A stretch of 64,000 nucleotides of DNA, taken from positions 21,576,001-21,640,000 of the forward strand of contig OX597833.1 of NCBI GenBank assembly GCA_951406725.2, read 5' to 3'. How positions within the stretch are numbered: the stretch's first letter is position 1; each line of letters begins with the position of its first letter. Shown here piece after piece: positions 1 to 12,985 of this stretch. A model generated the notes under the pieces. It was not told where the DNA came from and searched no databases. It was given only the letters and a program-made list of their open reading frames with translations. The position numbers and the translations under genes were made by a program. This stretch comes from Octopus vulgaris (lineage: Eukaryota).

Positions 1-75
1 GCGAAATAGTGTTTTGCTCAAGAACACAACACGCAGCTCGGTCCGGGATTCGAACTCACAACCTCACGATCGTAA
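1..75 (-). mobile_element. tRNA-derived SINE 5' region (partial)
   Basis: Minus strand has B-box-like GAGTTCGAATCCC followed by GTTGTGTTCTTGAGCAAAACAC; similar sequence at 3150-3240. Confidence 0.6.
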
Positions 76-139
76 TATATATAATTTCTCAATCTTCATC
101 CAGGAGAGCTGAAATATCAGTCACAAGCATACTGTTGCA

Positions 140-360
140 AACTCTAACTTTCGCAGGCCAGGAGGAGGTCAAAACAGAGTTCTTCGCTTTGAAACCAAAA
201 GGTGTTTTACATTGATGGGATTAGAAAGCTTGTAAATAGATGGAAGAAAGTCATAGATAATCAGGGAAAGTACATTGATGATAAAATTTCAATTAAATAT
301 AACATTTGACCACTTGTTTTCTTTATTCAAAATTCAGACAAAACTTATGGAATGACCTCA
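140..360 (+). mobile_element. mariner transposon 3' fragment
   Basis: Translates (with frameshift) to EEVKTEFFALKPK..FYIDGIRKLVNRWKKVIDNQGKYIDD*, a mariner C-terminus, then TIR-like ...ACAAAACTTATGGAATGACC. Confidence 0.75.
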
Positions 361-987
361 GATATATATATATATATATATATATATAGATATATATATA
401 TATATATGAGAGATCAATAAGGAAAAGGAAGGATCAATAGATGGTTCATCAACTTTTAGAAATTATATTATGTCAACTTATTTATTTATCTATTTTCTAA
501 AATGACAATTACAAGAATATACATACATGTATAACATTATGCTTTACATTTAAAATATATAAAGGTACCAGTAATTATTAAAATATAACATACAGGAATA
601 CGCGAAAACAGAAGAGCACAACCACACACTTATGAACACGCACACTTACATGCATACACACACACACACACAGAGTAGATGGCACATACATAAGTAAACC
701 CAAATCTACGCACATGCACACAGGCATAAGACTAGTTCTCAGACATACTGAAAGCACACATTGAAGAATGAGGATATGGCATTGACGACGACGTGAATAG
801 CGACGAAAGGACTCTGACAGAAAACAAACAACCAATGGATAGTTAGCTGGTAAAATAAAGAAGTGGTATTGAACCAGTGCGTGTTTGTTGTTATTGGCGT
901 AATGACCCTCCATAGATACAATATTCACATCAAGAATCTTGCATTTTAAATCCCGGGATTTAAAATGTCTTTTACGTTGTATATATA

Positions 988-1866
988 CGAGGGGGTACCC
1001 AAAGTAACCGGAAACGTTCTCTGTGGGACAAGCCCGTTGTACTTCAGGTTTCCACCGCTAAAAGTCACTTAATGCAATCCTCAGGCATCAGTCTACCGAA
1101 AGGCGTTGTCCCTTTAGGTGCGACTCTGTTTTGCAGTACTTCTACCCTGTTTGTCGATTTTTGCGATGGCTGAAACGAAGGAAGAGCGTGCTTCTGTGAA
1201 ATTCTGTTTTCTACTGGGGAAAACGGCGGTCGAAACAGTTGTCATGCTTCAAACAGCTTACAAGGACTCTGTCATAAGCAAAACACAAGTATACGAGTAG
1301 TTTCCACGCTTTAGGAATGGTTACTTGTCGATTGAAGACCAACCTCGTTCAGGGCGACCGCCGACCTCCCAAACGAATGAAAACGTCATAAAAATTCATG
1401 AAGTGATGTTGGAGAACCGTCATCGGACAATTCATGAACTTGTTGATATGGGTGGTGTGTCCTGGAGCTCATGCCAACGAATCTTGAGCGAGGAATTGCG
1501 AATGAAAAGAGATGCAGCAAAATTTGTGCTTCACTTGCTCTCGGAAGATCAAAAACAGTCACGACTGAATGCGTGTCGGGAACTGCTTCGAACAGTTGAA
1601 AGCTGATCTGGACCCTTCTTTCGAAAGTTATCGCTGGTGAGAAAAGCTGTGGCTAACGGAATTTGCAGATGTGCAAGAGGTGAAGAAAAAAAAATCGACG
1701 GAGGAGTTAAAAGGCATTACTTCACAAGAGTTCCAGGACTGCTTCGAACAGTGGATCGATACATTGCTCCAAATGGAGAATATTTTGAAAGTGATAAGAA
1801 TGTAAACATGTAAAACTAAATGAATAAAATATTGCAAAATTCCGGTTTCTTTTGGGTACCCCCTCG
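988..1866 (+). mobile_element. internally deleted mariner (TACGAGGG-type TIR, irritans-like), pseudogenised transposase
   Basis: TIRs CGAGGGGGTACCCAAAGTAACCGGAA / TTCCGGTTTCTTTTGGGTACCCCCTCG with TA on the left. ORFs 1118-1300 and 1325-1606 give the N-terminal HTH (VKFCFLLGKTAVET..SIEDQPRSGRP..AAKFVLHLL) with a stop; DDD core missing. Confidence 0.9.
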
Positions 1867-2528
1867 TGTGTATGTCTATATATATATATATAATTATTAT
1901 TATTATTATAGATACAGGGTAAAGAATTATTAATTTAATAATTAATAATTTTACCAAATAGTTCGGTATGGAAAAAAAAAACCATTATCAGTAGAAGCTT
2001 ATACAAAATGTTGTTTTTTTTAATTATAAACATAATCAAGGGATCAGCAAAAGTTACTTCACCACATACTGAAATTTAGAAATAGCAGTCAAACGACTAA
2101 TACACACACATAAACGCACAAAAAGGTTACACACATATACACATGCTATTGTTTACAGCTTTTCTGTATGCTTCGAGATATAGTATTACAAAAAGAGAAT
2201 TATAAATATTTAACAGTTTCTTAATGTCCAACTCAGTGGAATTGAACCCGAAGCCACGTGGTTACGAACCGAAATTCTTTATTCTTACATGCCTGCACGT
2301 AATAAAAGTGTGTGATAATGAATAGATGCTTCTTTCACACACACACACACATATGTATGTAAGTGAGTATATAAGCGCCCAGTTATCCTTTCTACCGTTT
2401 CAGTCGTTTACTTCGTTGGCCACGTTTGTTAACAGTTTGTCATCCTTCATCTGAAATATGGAAATCAAGATAAGCTAAACAGCTACAATGGGGAATCCAA
2501 ACCAGATTATTTGTTCCACTCACCGAGT

Positions 2529-2562
2529 CTCTCTCTTTCTCTCTCTCCCTCTCCCTCTCTCC

Positions 2563-2595
<33 letters not shown>

Positions 2596-3013
2596 TCCCT
2601 CTCTCTCTCTTTCTCTCTCTCTCACTCAGTCACTCTCTCTTTTCTCTTTCTCTCTCTCTCCCTCTCTCTCTTTCTCTCTCTCTCACTCAGTCACTCTCTC
2701 TTTTCTCTTTCTCTCCCTCTCCCCCTCTCTTAGTCACTCTCAGTTTTGTCTTTTTCACTTTCTCTCTCTCACTTTCTCTGTCTCCCCCTTTCTTTCTCAC
2801 TCTCTTTTCTTCCCACTAGCACTCTTTCTTTCTCTCTGTCTCTCTCTCTTTCTCTCACTCAGTCACTCTCTCTTTTCTCTTCCTCTCTACCCCTCTACCT
2901 CTCCCCCTCTCTCAGTCACTTTCATTTTTCTCCTTTTCTCTCTCACTCTGTCTTTTCCTCTCCCTCTCTCACTACCATTCTCTCTCTTCCTCCCCCCTCT
3001 CTCTCTCTCTCTC
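2529..3013. repeat. degenerate (CT)n microsatellite with recurring CACTCAGTCAC interruptions
   Basis: Direct inspection. Confidence 0.95.
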
Positions 3014-3029
3014 ATATCTTGGTCACACT

Positions 3030-3240
3030 ATTCTCTCGAGTGCTCGGACTCGTATGACTGGTTACCCTGTTTCCATGGCATATAAGTGACCGAGAATACA
3101 AAATTCCCCCTTGGACAAAACGCCAATTGAATGAACTGAAACAATATGAAATCGAGTGTCTTGCTTAAGAACACAACAGACCACCTAATCCACTAATCGA
3201 AACCACGACCGCCAGAAACCACTAGGCCACGCGCCTTCAA
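3030..3240 (-). mobile_element. degenerate tRNA-derived SINE
   Basis: Minus strand starts GAAGGCGCGTGGCCTAGTGG (A box), has GGTTTCGATT (B-box-like) and the GTTGTGTTCTTAAGCAAGACAC motif shared with 1-75. Confidence 0.6.
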
Positions 3241-3547
3241 ATAAATATACAAAAGACCACATATTTTACGGCAGACGTATTTATGGCGAAGTCAACTCCA
3301 TGAGGATATAAAATTACTAGCTAAAAGGGTTACAATTCAAGGCTGCAAGACTCTTCCATACTACTCATTATGAGAAGTTTAGTAATTCGAGGGTTAAAAA
3401 TTAAGAAATATAATAAAAAAAAACATTTGATATTTTTCTAGAATTACGCAAGCTGTGTTGTATTTTCGCAGCTGCCCCAAAATTCAGGGGGAATCACTTT
3501 TTGAATTATCTCCCTTGCTGAGTTATTAATATCAAGTATTAAAGTGT

Positions 3548-3965
3548 TGAACTGGCAGAAATGTTAGGATGCTGGCATTTCGACCGTCTTAACGTTCTGG
3601 TCTTTTATGTTCTGAGTTTAAATTCTGCCGAGGTCGACTTTGCCTTTCAATTCTTTCGGAGTCGATAAAATAAGTACCAGATAAGGCGGCGAGCTAAATG
3701 ATTAGCGCTATTTCGTCTGTCTTTACGGTCTGAGTTCAAATTCCGCCGAGGTCGACTTTGCCTTTTATCTTTTCGGGGTCGATAAATTAAGTACCAGTTG
3801 CGTTCTGGGGTAGATCTAATCGATTAGCCACTCCTCCAAAATTTCGGGCCTTGTGCCTAGAGTAGAAAAGAAAATAAGTACCAGATTTAATCGACTCCTT
3901 CCACACAGACACACACACACGCACACACGAAATTGCTGGCCTCGTACTCAAATCTGACACCAATA
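3548..3965 (+). mobile_element. nested copies of SINE family B (tRNA head + GCCTTTCATCCTTTCGGGGTCGATAAA core)
   Basis: Two GAGTT(C/T)AAATTC(C/T)GCCGAGGTCGACTTTGCCTTT cores; matches the full copy at 62808-63041. The core resembles the Meta/Sauria-type SINE domain (from memory). Confidence 0.8.
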
Positions 3966-4219
3966 TCAAATATTAATCGCTTCGTTTTTCTCCCCACCTT
4001 GTCAGAAAAAGAAAGATGAGATCTCATTTCCAATTTTTCCTGAACTATTCTTGGATTTTAAGTTCCATTCTTGACATTTTCCATCCACGTAAAACATGGC
4101 GTTGCCATTTTTTATTCCGATTCACTTTATCTTCTAAAGAAGAAATATTTTCTTTGTCTCTGCCATTCCTCAGTGTTTTTAGGTAGTCAAGCGAATGCGT
4201 GAGCGTTAAGCATTTGCAT

Positions 4220-4570
4220 AGGGTGAGTGGTTAAGAAGCTCGCTTGACAACTACGTGGTTTCTGGTTCAATCCCACCGCACAGCAACTTGGGTGTCTTTT
4301 TCTATTGCCTCGTGCAGTCCAATGCTATGTGAGTGAATATGGTAGACAGAAACTATGTGGAAGCCCGTTACGTGAGTGTGTGTGTGTGTGTCCCACACCG
4401 TCGCATAACAGCCGGTGTTGGTTTGATTTCGTCCCTCTACCTTAGCAGTTCGGCAAAACAGACATATAGAATAAGTAACAGACTTAAAAATAAGTACTGG
4501 AGTCAATTTATTCGACAGTCCAACAAGGCGGTGCTGCAGCATGACCGCAGGTCAATGACTGAAACAAGTG
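4220..4570 (+). mobile_element. SINE family A (tRNA head, internal (GT)n, ...ATGACTGAAACAAG tail)
   Basis: Colinear with the full copy at 20707-21132. Confidence 0.8.
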
Positions 4571-4715
4571 TCCATTCTCTTCCTCCTCCATCTTCCCCCA
4601 TCTCCTCCTCCTTCTTCTCTGCTTCTCTCCCTTCTCTTCGTCCTTCTTCCCGCTTCCTTATATCCTCCTCTACAGTTTTTTCTTCTTCCTCCTCATTCAT
4701 CCTCTCACCTCTTCT

Positions 4716-4757
<42 letters not shown>

Positions 4758-4982
4758 TGCATACACACATAATATATTCATGTGTATATGCTTGTGTGAG
4801 TGTGAGTGCGTTTGTGCATTTATGTGATGTATCTGATATGTGATGTGTATGCGTGTGTACACGTAGCCCATTTTCAAATGCAGCATCTCATCACAGTGTC
4901 ATAAATTTCTAATCTAGCGTACGTACACCAAGAAAAATTTAGTCATGATCTGTATATTATTAGCAAATGTTTAATCAGTTTT

Positions 4983-5472
4983 GCTAATAATACACAAAGA
5001 CGTATGAGATGGCTTGGGCATGTTAGCCGTATGAAAGATGGCAGAATCCCCAAGGACATACTCTACGGAGAGCTTGCTAGGGGTACTAGGTCTGTGGGTA
5101 GACCGCTCTTACGTTACAAGGATGTTTGCAAAAGGGACATGAAGTCCTGCAACATCAATATTAGCGGTTGGGAGGCAGTTGCCGGCAACCGTGGAGACTG
5201 GCGACGTACCGTAAGAGAGGGAATATAAAGGAGTGACAGAGAGAGAGAGGAGAAATGGAAAGACAAGAAAAGACGTCAACAAGAAACTATGGCATTACAA
5301 CCAGCCAGGAACAGTCTTCGCTACATTTGCGGTACCTGCCAGAGGGAGTGTTTGTCCAGGATAGGACTACACAGCCACAGCAGGAAATGTATCAGGACAT
5401 GAAATGTAAAAGCCGGACTAGACTACTTTATGCGCAACTCCATTGTCTCCCGAGACAAAAAGGATGCCACCC
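4983..5472 (+). mobile_element. 5'-truncated RTE-clade LINE with 10-bp TSD
   Basis: QRRMRWLGHVSRMKDGRIPKDILYGEL..RSVGRPLLRYKDVCKRDMK, one stop, then C-terminal CGTCQRECLSRIGLHSHSRKC motif. TSD AATCAGTTTT at 4973-4982 and 5473-5482. Confidence 0.92.
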
Positions 5473-6299
5473 AATCAGTTTTAACGTTTCCAAATCGTTC
5501 CAGCAGAGGCATTATAATCTAAGGGAGATAACTCACGGAGCCTGTTTTAAATATACTTCAAACGTATGTAATGCATATAAGAAAAACATGATTTACTTAT
5601 ATCAGAAAAAATATATTCATTTGGGAAATTTAAAAGTAATTATTATTTTTATTATATTTTTTAATTGCAAATGTTGATAATTGAAGTGCTTTTTGTTTGA
5701 TTTGTTTCCTGCATATACTGAAAGACGACGTCTCTAGAAATCTTGTACGACAAAAATATCTAGAGTTAGCTCCCTTACATGCGCTATAAAGAAAATCAAC
5801 CTGTTTTGTTAGGTTTTTTTGTTCTGATTCCGGTTTCGATTCTTGCTTATAATTCTTTCTTTTCTGATTATCTATTTTTACTTGTTCTGCTTCTTTCAAT
5901 CATTGGACTGCGGCCATGCTGGAGCACCACCATTGAAGAGTCTTTGTCGAACAAATCGAGGCTAGTACTTAAATTTTTTGTTTGTTTTTTTTTTAGTATT
6001 TATTGAATAGGTTTATTGCTGAACTGCGGGGTTACGGGAACGTGAACAAACCAGTGCCGAATATCAAACGGCAAGTGACTAGGATAAACACACAGACACG
6101 CACACATGCACACACACATACACACACGCGCGCGCACGCACGGGATTTTCAGAAAGAGAAATTGGCCTGCTAATTCGTACAAGTGCAATCTGTGAGTGGA
6201 ACAGTAAAAATATACAAGACTTTTCTCAAGTTCCAAATGTGAATTTATCTGTGTTAACTACATCCCAAAGAAGGAGCCTAATATCTTTGTTGGAAACTG

Positions 6300-6605
6300 G
6301 CTCCTTCCTCAGTGGCCTAGTGGTTAGGGCAGCGGACTCGCGGTCGTAGGATCGCGGTTTCGATTCCCAGACCGGGCGTTGTGTCTATTGAGCGAAAACA
6401 CCTAAATCTACACGAGGCTCCGGCAACGGGTGGTAGCGATCCCTGCTGTACTCTTTCGCCACAACTTTCTCTCACTCTTTCTTTTGTATGCCTGCTCGCT
6501 TAGCCAGCGGGGTGGCGTCATTTGAAGGCTAAAGCAATGCGAAGCACATTGTTACCAACGATGTGTAGCAACATCTGATACCCTGGTCGGTCACGTGATC
6601 ACGTG
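6300..6605 (+). mobile_element. tRNA-derived SINE, third family, ending in GTCACGTGATCACGTG
   Basis: A box TGGCCTAGTGG, B box GGTTTCGATTCCC, CpG-rich body, followed by (TA)n. Confidence 0.75.
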
Positions 6606-6704
<99 letters not shown>

Positions 6705-6719
6705 TGCATATGCATGTAG

Positions 6720-8220
6720 CTTTTACTTGTTTCAGTTCTTAGACCGTGGCTATGCTGGGGTACAACCTTGAAGAATTTTTAGTAGAATTAATCTTAGATA
6801 TGTTTCGACCAGAGATTGGTCCAGGCCATGTCTAACTTAATAGCACCACCTGATAGGATTATTCGAATCCTGTTTAAGTCAAGTTTTGTTCAAGTAGTGA
6901 GTTCTTGTTGGGTGAGTTGTATCCAGTTTTGTTCAAGTAGTGAGTTCTTGTTGGGTGAGTTGTATCCAATTATGGGTGGCTTATCTGGTATTCTTTGAAG
7001 GAATCTATCCAGACTCTATTTGAAGTTGATGGGATCCTTTTCCTCTTTGATCTCCCTCGGGACAATGTTAAATAGGGCAGGGCCTGTTGAGGAAAAGAAA
7101 TTATGTTGCAGTGTACGTGTATGTTGTGATCTTGAATTTGGCAGGGGACGTATAGCCCGTGGTCCAAGTCTTGGATGAACCTTGAAGCTAATGTTTAGGT
7201 CGTTTGGGCAAAGTTGGCGGTATATTTTCCACATCGTACAAATGATGTACCGCTCACGGCGACGCTGGAGGGAGTAAAGTTTCAAGGCTTTAAGGCGATC
7301 CCAATAATCGAGAGCAGCCATGCCTTCAATTTGTTTAGTGAGAGCCCTCTGGGGTGACTCAATTCTGGAGATGTTTTGTCTTGTGTGAGGAGACCACAGT
7401 GGGCAGCAGTATTCAAGGTGTGGCCGTACAAAGGAGGAAAAAAGTGGTATGATGACACCTTGTTCTCTGGACCGGAAAGTTCTTAAGATCCAGGAACTCA
7501 TCCTACGAGCTATATCGACCTTCTTGTTGATGTGTGCACTCCAACTGAGATCGTCATCAACAATTACACCCAGGTCTCTGATATTGTTAGAGGCTGTGAG
7601 CGTTTCCCCTGAAGGAAGAGAGTATGGTTGTTTTAGTGAGGAATTTCTTCCAAAATGCATCAGCTCAAATTTTCCCTCATTCAGTTGCATTTTGTTTCTG
7701 TCTGCCCATTGACTCACAGCATATAGATCAGATTGGAGTTGAGTTCGGTCTGCTTCTTCATTGACGATTTGCTGGAGCTTAGTGTCATCAGCGAATATTT
7801 TCACTTTGCAGTGATGTACGACACTGGAAAGGTCGTTTACGTAAATTATGAAGAGTAGCGGACCCAAAACAGTTCCCTGGGGAACACCGCTGGTGACTTT
7901 TGCTGGGTCTGAGTGGACTCCATCAACTACAACATGTTGTGTTCTATTCGCCAGGAAATACTGAATCCAGCGTAGAACTTTTCCACGGATTCCAACATTT
8001 GCCAATTTTGAGAGTAGGATGTTATGGTCTACCCTGTCGAACGCTTTACTGAAGTCAAGATATATGACGTCAGAGTTCGAACGACCCCAGTACTTATTTT
8101 TTGTTGACCCTGGTACTTATTCCATTGGATCTCCTTGCTGAACCGCAAAGATATGGGGACGTAAACAAACCAACACCTGTTGTCAAGCGGTGGTAGGGAG
8201 ATAAACAGAAAGATACACAC
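6720..8220 (-). mobile_element. SINE family A 3' half split by the LINE (6720-6793 and 8082-8220)
   Basis: Left piece ends ..TTTTAGTAGAATTAATC and right piece resumes CGACCCCAGTACTT, adjacent in the uninterrupted copy at 36365-36797. Confidence 0.8.
6794..8081 (-). mobile_element. 5'-truncated CR1-group LINE, reverse transcriptase fragment
   Basis: ORF 7016-8005 has SGVPQGTVLGPLLF, FADDTKL, RDLGV and RPHLEYC. The frame extends upstream to DVIYLDFSKAFDRVDH. Premature stop at 7016 is followed by SLDRFLQRIPDKP. 42-bp tandem duplication 6884-6968. Confidence 0.95.
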
Positions 8221-8358
8221 ATACAAACTATTCAACATTCTCTTTCACATTCATATATTAACAGTTTAGCTCTTAATTATAAAAAAAAATATGAAACTAT
8301 TATTCTATACTAATTTACTTAAATTAACAAAAGGGAACGCAGTGTAAATAACGGACAG

Positions 8359-8500
8359 AGTCAAGACTATTGTAAAGGTTGCAAGACGCAACGAAATTTT
8401 TAGGAAAATGAAAATAAGAAATAAGTGGAAATTTTACCGGTGAGTGTGTTACATTATAAGGCACAAAAAGAAAATGACTCTCCCCAGAGACAACAGAATA
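8359..8500. mobile_element. single arm of the foldback MITE seen intact at 38368-38640
   Basis: GTCAAGACTATTG..GCAAGACGCAAC..AAGAAAATGACTCTCCCCAG.ACAACAGAATA matches the right arm. Confidence 0.85.
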
Positions 8501-9196
8501 TACTAATTTAGTTAATTGTAAAATAGAAATTTAAATGTAATAAAATGTTTTAAAAGAAATCTAAAGTGCCTACATGATAACTGTAAGCCTACTTTCGGGC
8601 CACCCTATATGTAATATATTCTTCTAGTTTTCGTCTAACAAATCCATTCACTAACAATGCATTGGTAGGCCCGATGTTATAGTAGAATATATTTGCCCAA
8701 GGTACCGCACAGCGGGACTGAACTGAAAACCACATGGTTGCAAAACAAGCTCCTTAATTACAGAGCCATGCCAACGTTAAAGTAGTTAATTTAAGTAACA
8801 ATCTAGGATTGTACGTGGGCAGGATCATTAGAGAGTTGAACAGGATGCTTTGCGGGAGTTGTTCCGAACCTTTGTAATCTGAGTTCAAATCCCGCCGTGA
8901 TGTACATGAATTGTAGACTTCATCCATCGCTCGGTTTAACCCCCCAGGTGGTTGTTTCACACCATCACCTCATTCTCTGATGACTTCAGCGAAGTCTATT
9001 CTCTTGTCAGTGACGTATTTAGAGTATGTACCGCCTGAAGCGGCTCTTGAGTTTGCCGCTTCCCCACTCACACACACACACAGTATAAGGCTTATAAAGT
9101 AGACCCACGTCCACTAAGCTATGAAAAAAATAACATACGCAGAAGCCCAAACATAAAGCAGATAATTAACGCCCGTTAAAATTCACTTCCCTAATA

Positions 9197-10092
9197 CGGG
9201 GTACGACGGGTAAATGGTTCCTATTTTATATCTTTAATTTCACACATGCGCATTGTTTGTTTTTGATTTTGTTGACTACACAGTATGGTAGAGTCAGTTG
9301 GGCACCGTCTCTGAGAAAAACAGCACCATGGCGCAATTCACTCTGCCAGAAATTTGGAAATGACATGCTGTACGGCCTGGCATTCGCGTCGGAAGCTCCA
9401 ATACAAACATTTCAGAGTGTTTGTGTGTCAATCTGATGACATTACAATCTGAAAACATGTACTGAGAGTGATAAAGATCAAACATCCAGTCAACATCATG
9501 GTGCTTGGAGTGATCACTGGTGATGGCGACGTTATTCCTCCGTTCATCTTCCCACACGGCCTCAGACTCAACACGGAGTCCTATATCAAGTGCCTGGAGG
9601 AGGTAGTGCTGCCCTGGATCAAGGGGGTGGTTTCTGGAAGACCCTGTGTCTGGCAAGAGGACTCTGACCATGTCACACAAGCAGGAGAACCTAGTCATGG
9701 CTGTCAGACGATTTCTGCGACCACATCACCCCTAATATCTGGTCACCTAACTCCCCAGACTGCAAACCCCTTGATTATTATATGAGGAGCGCAGGTGAGC
9801 GAGAGACCAACAAAACTCCTTGTAACATCAAAGATGAGCTGAAAGCAAGGATTATGGCAGCATTCACCAGCATTCACCAACTTAAAGGAGATCGTCCAGA
9901 AGAGTTGTAGGAGATTCCAAAGTCGCAGGGAGACTGTGGTTGAGGCCAATGGCGATTTTATTGAATAAATTTACTCTTTTAGCATTTTAAGATATTTTTA
10001 TATAACTTTGGTATATATATCTGTTAAAATGAGATGTCAGTGTTATTTTCATTTTTGCGTAATTTAGACGACAGTTTATTCACTGCACTCTG
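9197..10092 (+). mobile_element. decayed DD37D (maT-like) Tc1/mariner transposon
   Basis: KHPVNIMVLGVITGDGDVIPPFIF..WQEDS, then in another frame IWSPNSPDCKPLDY..VVEANGDFIE*. Diverged TIRs (mostly transition mismatches) flanked by TA. Confidence 0.85.
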
Positions 10093-10296
10093 TATATATA
10101 TATATATGTGTATGTATATATATAGAGAGAGATGTACTTGCATAGCGAGTGACTTGATCTGAGATCGTGTGCTGGAACGAAAACAATTGCAGCGTGGAAG
10201 GTGTAATATAAGCCATTTAAGAAACACACAAAACATTTCACTTCAACATTTCAATTTATCAAAATATTTTCATCGCTTTGAGACCGCGACCTGTCT

Positions 10297-10298
<2 letters not shown>

Positions 10299-10376
<78 letters not shown>

Positions 10377-10470
10377 CACACATACACACATACATACATA
10401 CATACATACATACATACATACATACATACATACATACATACATACATACATACATACATACACACATGCA
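10299..10470. repeat. (TA)n + (CATA)n microsatellites
   Basis: Direct inspection. Confidence 0.95.
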
Positions 10471-11552
10471 TGCATGCTTGTATAACAATCATAAACTGAA
10501 AATGACAGGTTTGCTATGGCTGGAACAACTTTGGTCATAATTTTCTGTTGGATTAAATCTGATCTGGGATTAGAGAGACAGAGACAGAGAGAGAGGAGGA
10601 GGAGGAGATGAAGAGAGAATATGAGAACGAAGGAGAGAAAGAGAGAGAAGGAAAGAGACAGAGAGAGATAGAGAGAAACAGAGGGGTGGAGAGATTCACG
10701 CGTTTACACGCACTCAAATGCGAAAAGGCAAACGCGGCCGCACGCACACAGCGCATGCGCACAGACACGTACTCACGCACACACATCTACATGCACACAT
10801 ACACACTGATCCACGCATAGAAACACAGAGACAAACACGTACAGAGAGAGATATGTGTCTGAGTATACAGAGCTAAGCACGTAAACACGCATACTCAACC
10901 TACCACTCGTGCACACACGCGCGCATACAACCACGATGTGACACATACGCACACACCACACACTATACATACATGTATATGCACATAGGCACATATATAC
11001 AGACACATGCACACAGGCACATACACATACATATATGCATACAAGCGCACGCACACATACATACATACACAAACGCGCGCGCGTTGTGTTCGCATGCACA
11101 GACAATCAGAAAACAGCATATACACACAAGCACACATTTTCACACACAGACAGTTTCACGCAAGCACACAAATACTCACACAAACAAAAGACACATACAA
11201 ACACATACACAAACGCATTAAATTTCACCCACACACACACACACGCACACACAAATATACACGAGCACAACCACACATGCAGACAATTTTATTCTATATC
11301 AATTTACAATTTCAAAGTTTAGAGTTCCCACTTAAACATTCCTGCAATCAGCTCCAAAGAACAAATGTCAATTGTCCTTGACAAGGCACCAATTTCACCA
11401 AATATTTATTTGTAAACATTTATCGCTTTGTTGTTGAGAACGGACAGGGACTGGTTCGTGTTTCATCACCACAAACTAATTCATATTCAGGGAGGGCTTT
11501 GTAGTTTTCTTTTCTTTTTATCGTTTACGTACGAAATATTGGCAGATTTTGG

Positions 11553-11983
11553 GGATCTTTTCGGTTTGAACGGCAGTTTTTCTAACGGTGTCATATGAAA
11601 TTGTCACCCATAATTATGACCCTAGTATCGATCTATTGCATTTCAATCTGTTTTAGGATTATGGTTAGTTAGGGTTAGGGTTAGGGGTGGGGGAAGGGTA
11701 TCTTTATTTCTTCACAAATGTAGATAAACCCAATCTGTTTCTTAAACGAGGGACATATTCATACGGCACAGAATGTTTTTTACCTCAATAGACGTCACTG
11801 ATTGGTTGAAATTGTAGAAATTGAAGAAAAAAAACAACAAATGTCTTACAAACTATAGAATTTTCTCAATAAAGCCAAGAGAAAAAGATGTTTTATAAAC
11901 ACATTCTACCAGTATATGAAGTTTAAAATTTTTTAGTTACCTAGAAATTATGTTAAAAACTGCCGTTCAAACCGAAAAGATTC
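11553..11983. mobile_element. non-autonomous DNA transposon (Merlin-like MITE) with internal TTAGGG repeats
   Basis: About 29-bp TIRs GGATCTTTTCGGTTTGAACGGCAGTTTTT / AAAAACTGCCGTTCAAACCGAAAAGATTC. 8-bp TSD GATTTTGG / GATTTTTG. GG termini plus 8-bp TSD fit Merlin. Confidence 0.8.
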
Positions 11984-12144
11984 GATTTTTGAAGCGCCCT
12001 TATGCAGGCGACATTAACTGTTTAACTGTTGTCCTTTTAGTTTAGTCAATGACTAATATGCATCGGTCAAACTTTGGATTGCAGGGTGTCATCTGCAGAA
12101 AATGAACCTTGAAAATAAAACGCAATCAGGTACAAAAATGGATA

Positions 12145-12384
12145 CTACTTAAGAAGAGTGGTCCCGGTGCGCGCACTCGCGTAGTCGCGCATCCGCGCTA
12201 GCTAGTCGTGACTAGTCGATCCTTACTTTGTGTTTTTGTATTTTATTTACTTTGTGTCAAAAAAATATTTATTTTGTGTTTTATTTACTTTGCTAGGTAA
12301 TCGTTTAGGATCGACTAGTCACGACTAGCTATTCGGATGCGCGACTACGCGAGTGCGCGCACCGGGACCACTCTTCTTAAGTAG
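12145..12384. mobile_element. young CpG-rich MITE, about 80-bp near-perfect TIRs, TA flanks
   Basis: CTACTTAAGAAGAGTGGTCCCGGTGCGCGCACTCGCGTAGTCGCGCATCCG..TAGCTAGTCGTGACTAGTCGATCCT mirrored at the right end around a T-rich spacer. Confidence 0.9.
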
Positions 12385-12589
12385 TACTCAAAAGAGATAT
12401 GAAACCTGTGTTGAAACTGGTGGTGTTTTTAATAAAAAGACAAAAAAGAAAAAGGAATTTCACGAAAAGCAAAATAGAAATATAAATTTTAAATATTCTT
12501 TTCTTATGTCATTAATTGTTATGGGTTTAATTAACACTTTTGGAAAATGCCGTTTTCATTAAATGTCTATCTGCAAACATCTAAACATC

Positions 12590-12810
12590 TACGCAGAGCT
12601 ACTGAAAAGTTCCTGGCTTTGGGTAAAAGAAAATACAAAAGTATCAGTTAACTATCATTTTATTCAACATGTTACCTTCTCAGATTCACACACTTATTGC
12701 AGTGGTCCTTCAGTATTTCTAAGCCCTGTAAAAGAACTCGGAAGGCTGGACCTCTAACCAGGCCTTTCATGACACCCTTAAAGCCAGGAACATTTCAGCA
12801 CCCCTTTGTA
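12590..12810 (-). mobile_element. mariner-derived short non-autonomous element
   Basis: TIRs ..CTGAAAAGTTCCTGGCTTT / AAAGCCAGGAACATTTCAG.. with TA ends. Minus strand gives AWLEVQPSEFFY.., a transposase C-terminus. Confidence 0.7.
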
Positions 12811-12985
12811 ACAGGCTTTCGAAGTTTCCTTCTGCCTAATTCCACTGACAGAACTTGGACAGACCAGATGCTAGGGTACAGGATACTTATCTAGGATGAC
12901 ACTCTATGGACTCGAACCCAGAATTATGTTATTAAAAAGTTAACCCGATTCCTTTCTGTATTTTTTTTTTTAATCATGTATTTAG

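Noticed and set aside
8974-9000. CTGATGA-CTTC..GAAG hammerhead-like motif
   Set aside because: No GAAA after the stem and no stem I pairing.
11663-11692. Telomere or chromosome-fusion relic
   Set aside because: Only three TTAGGG units, and they lie inside a TIR-bounded element.
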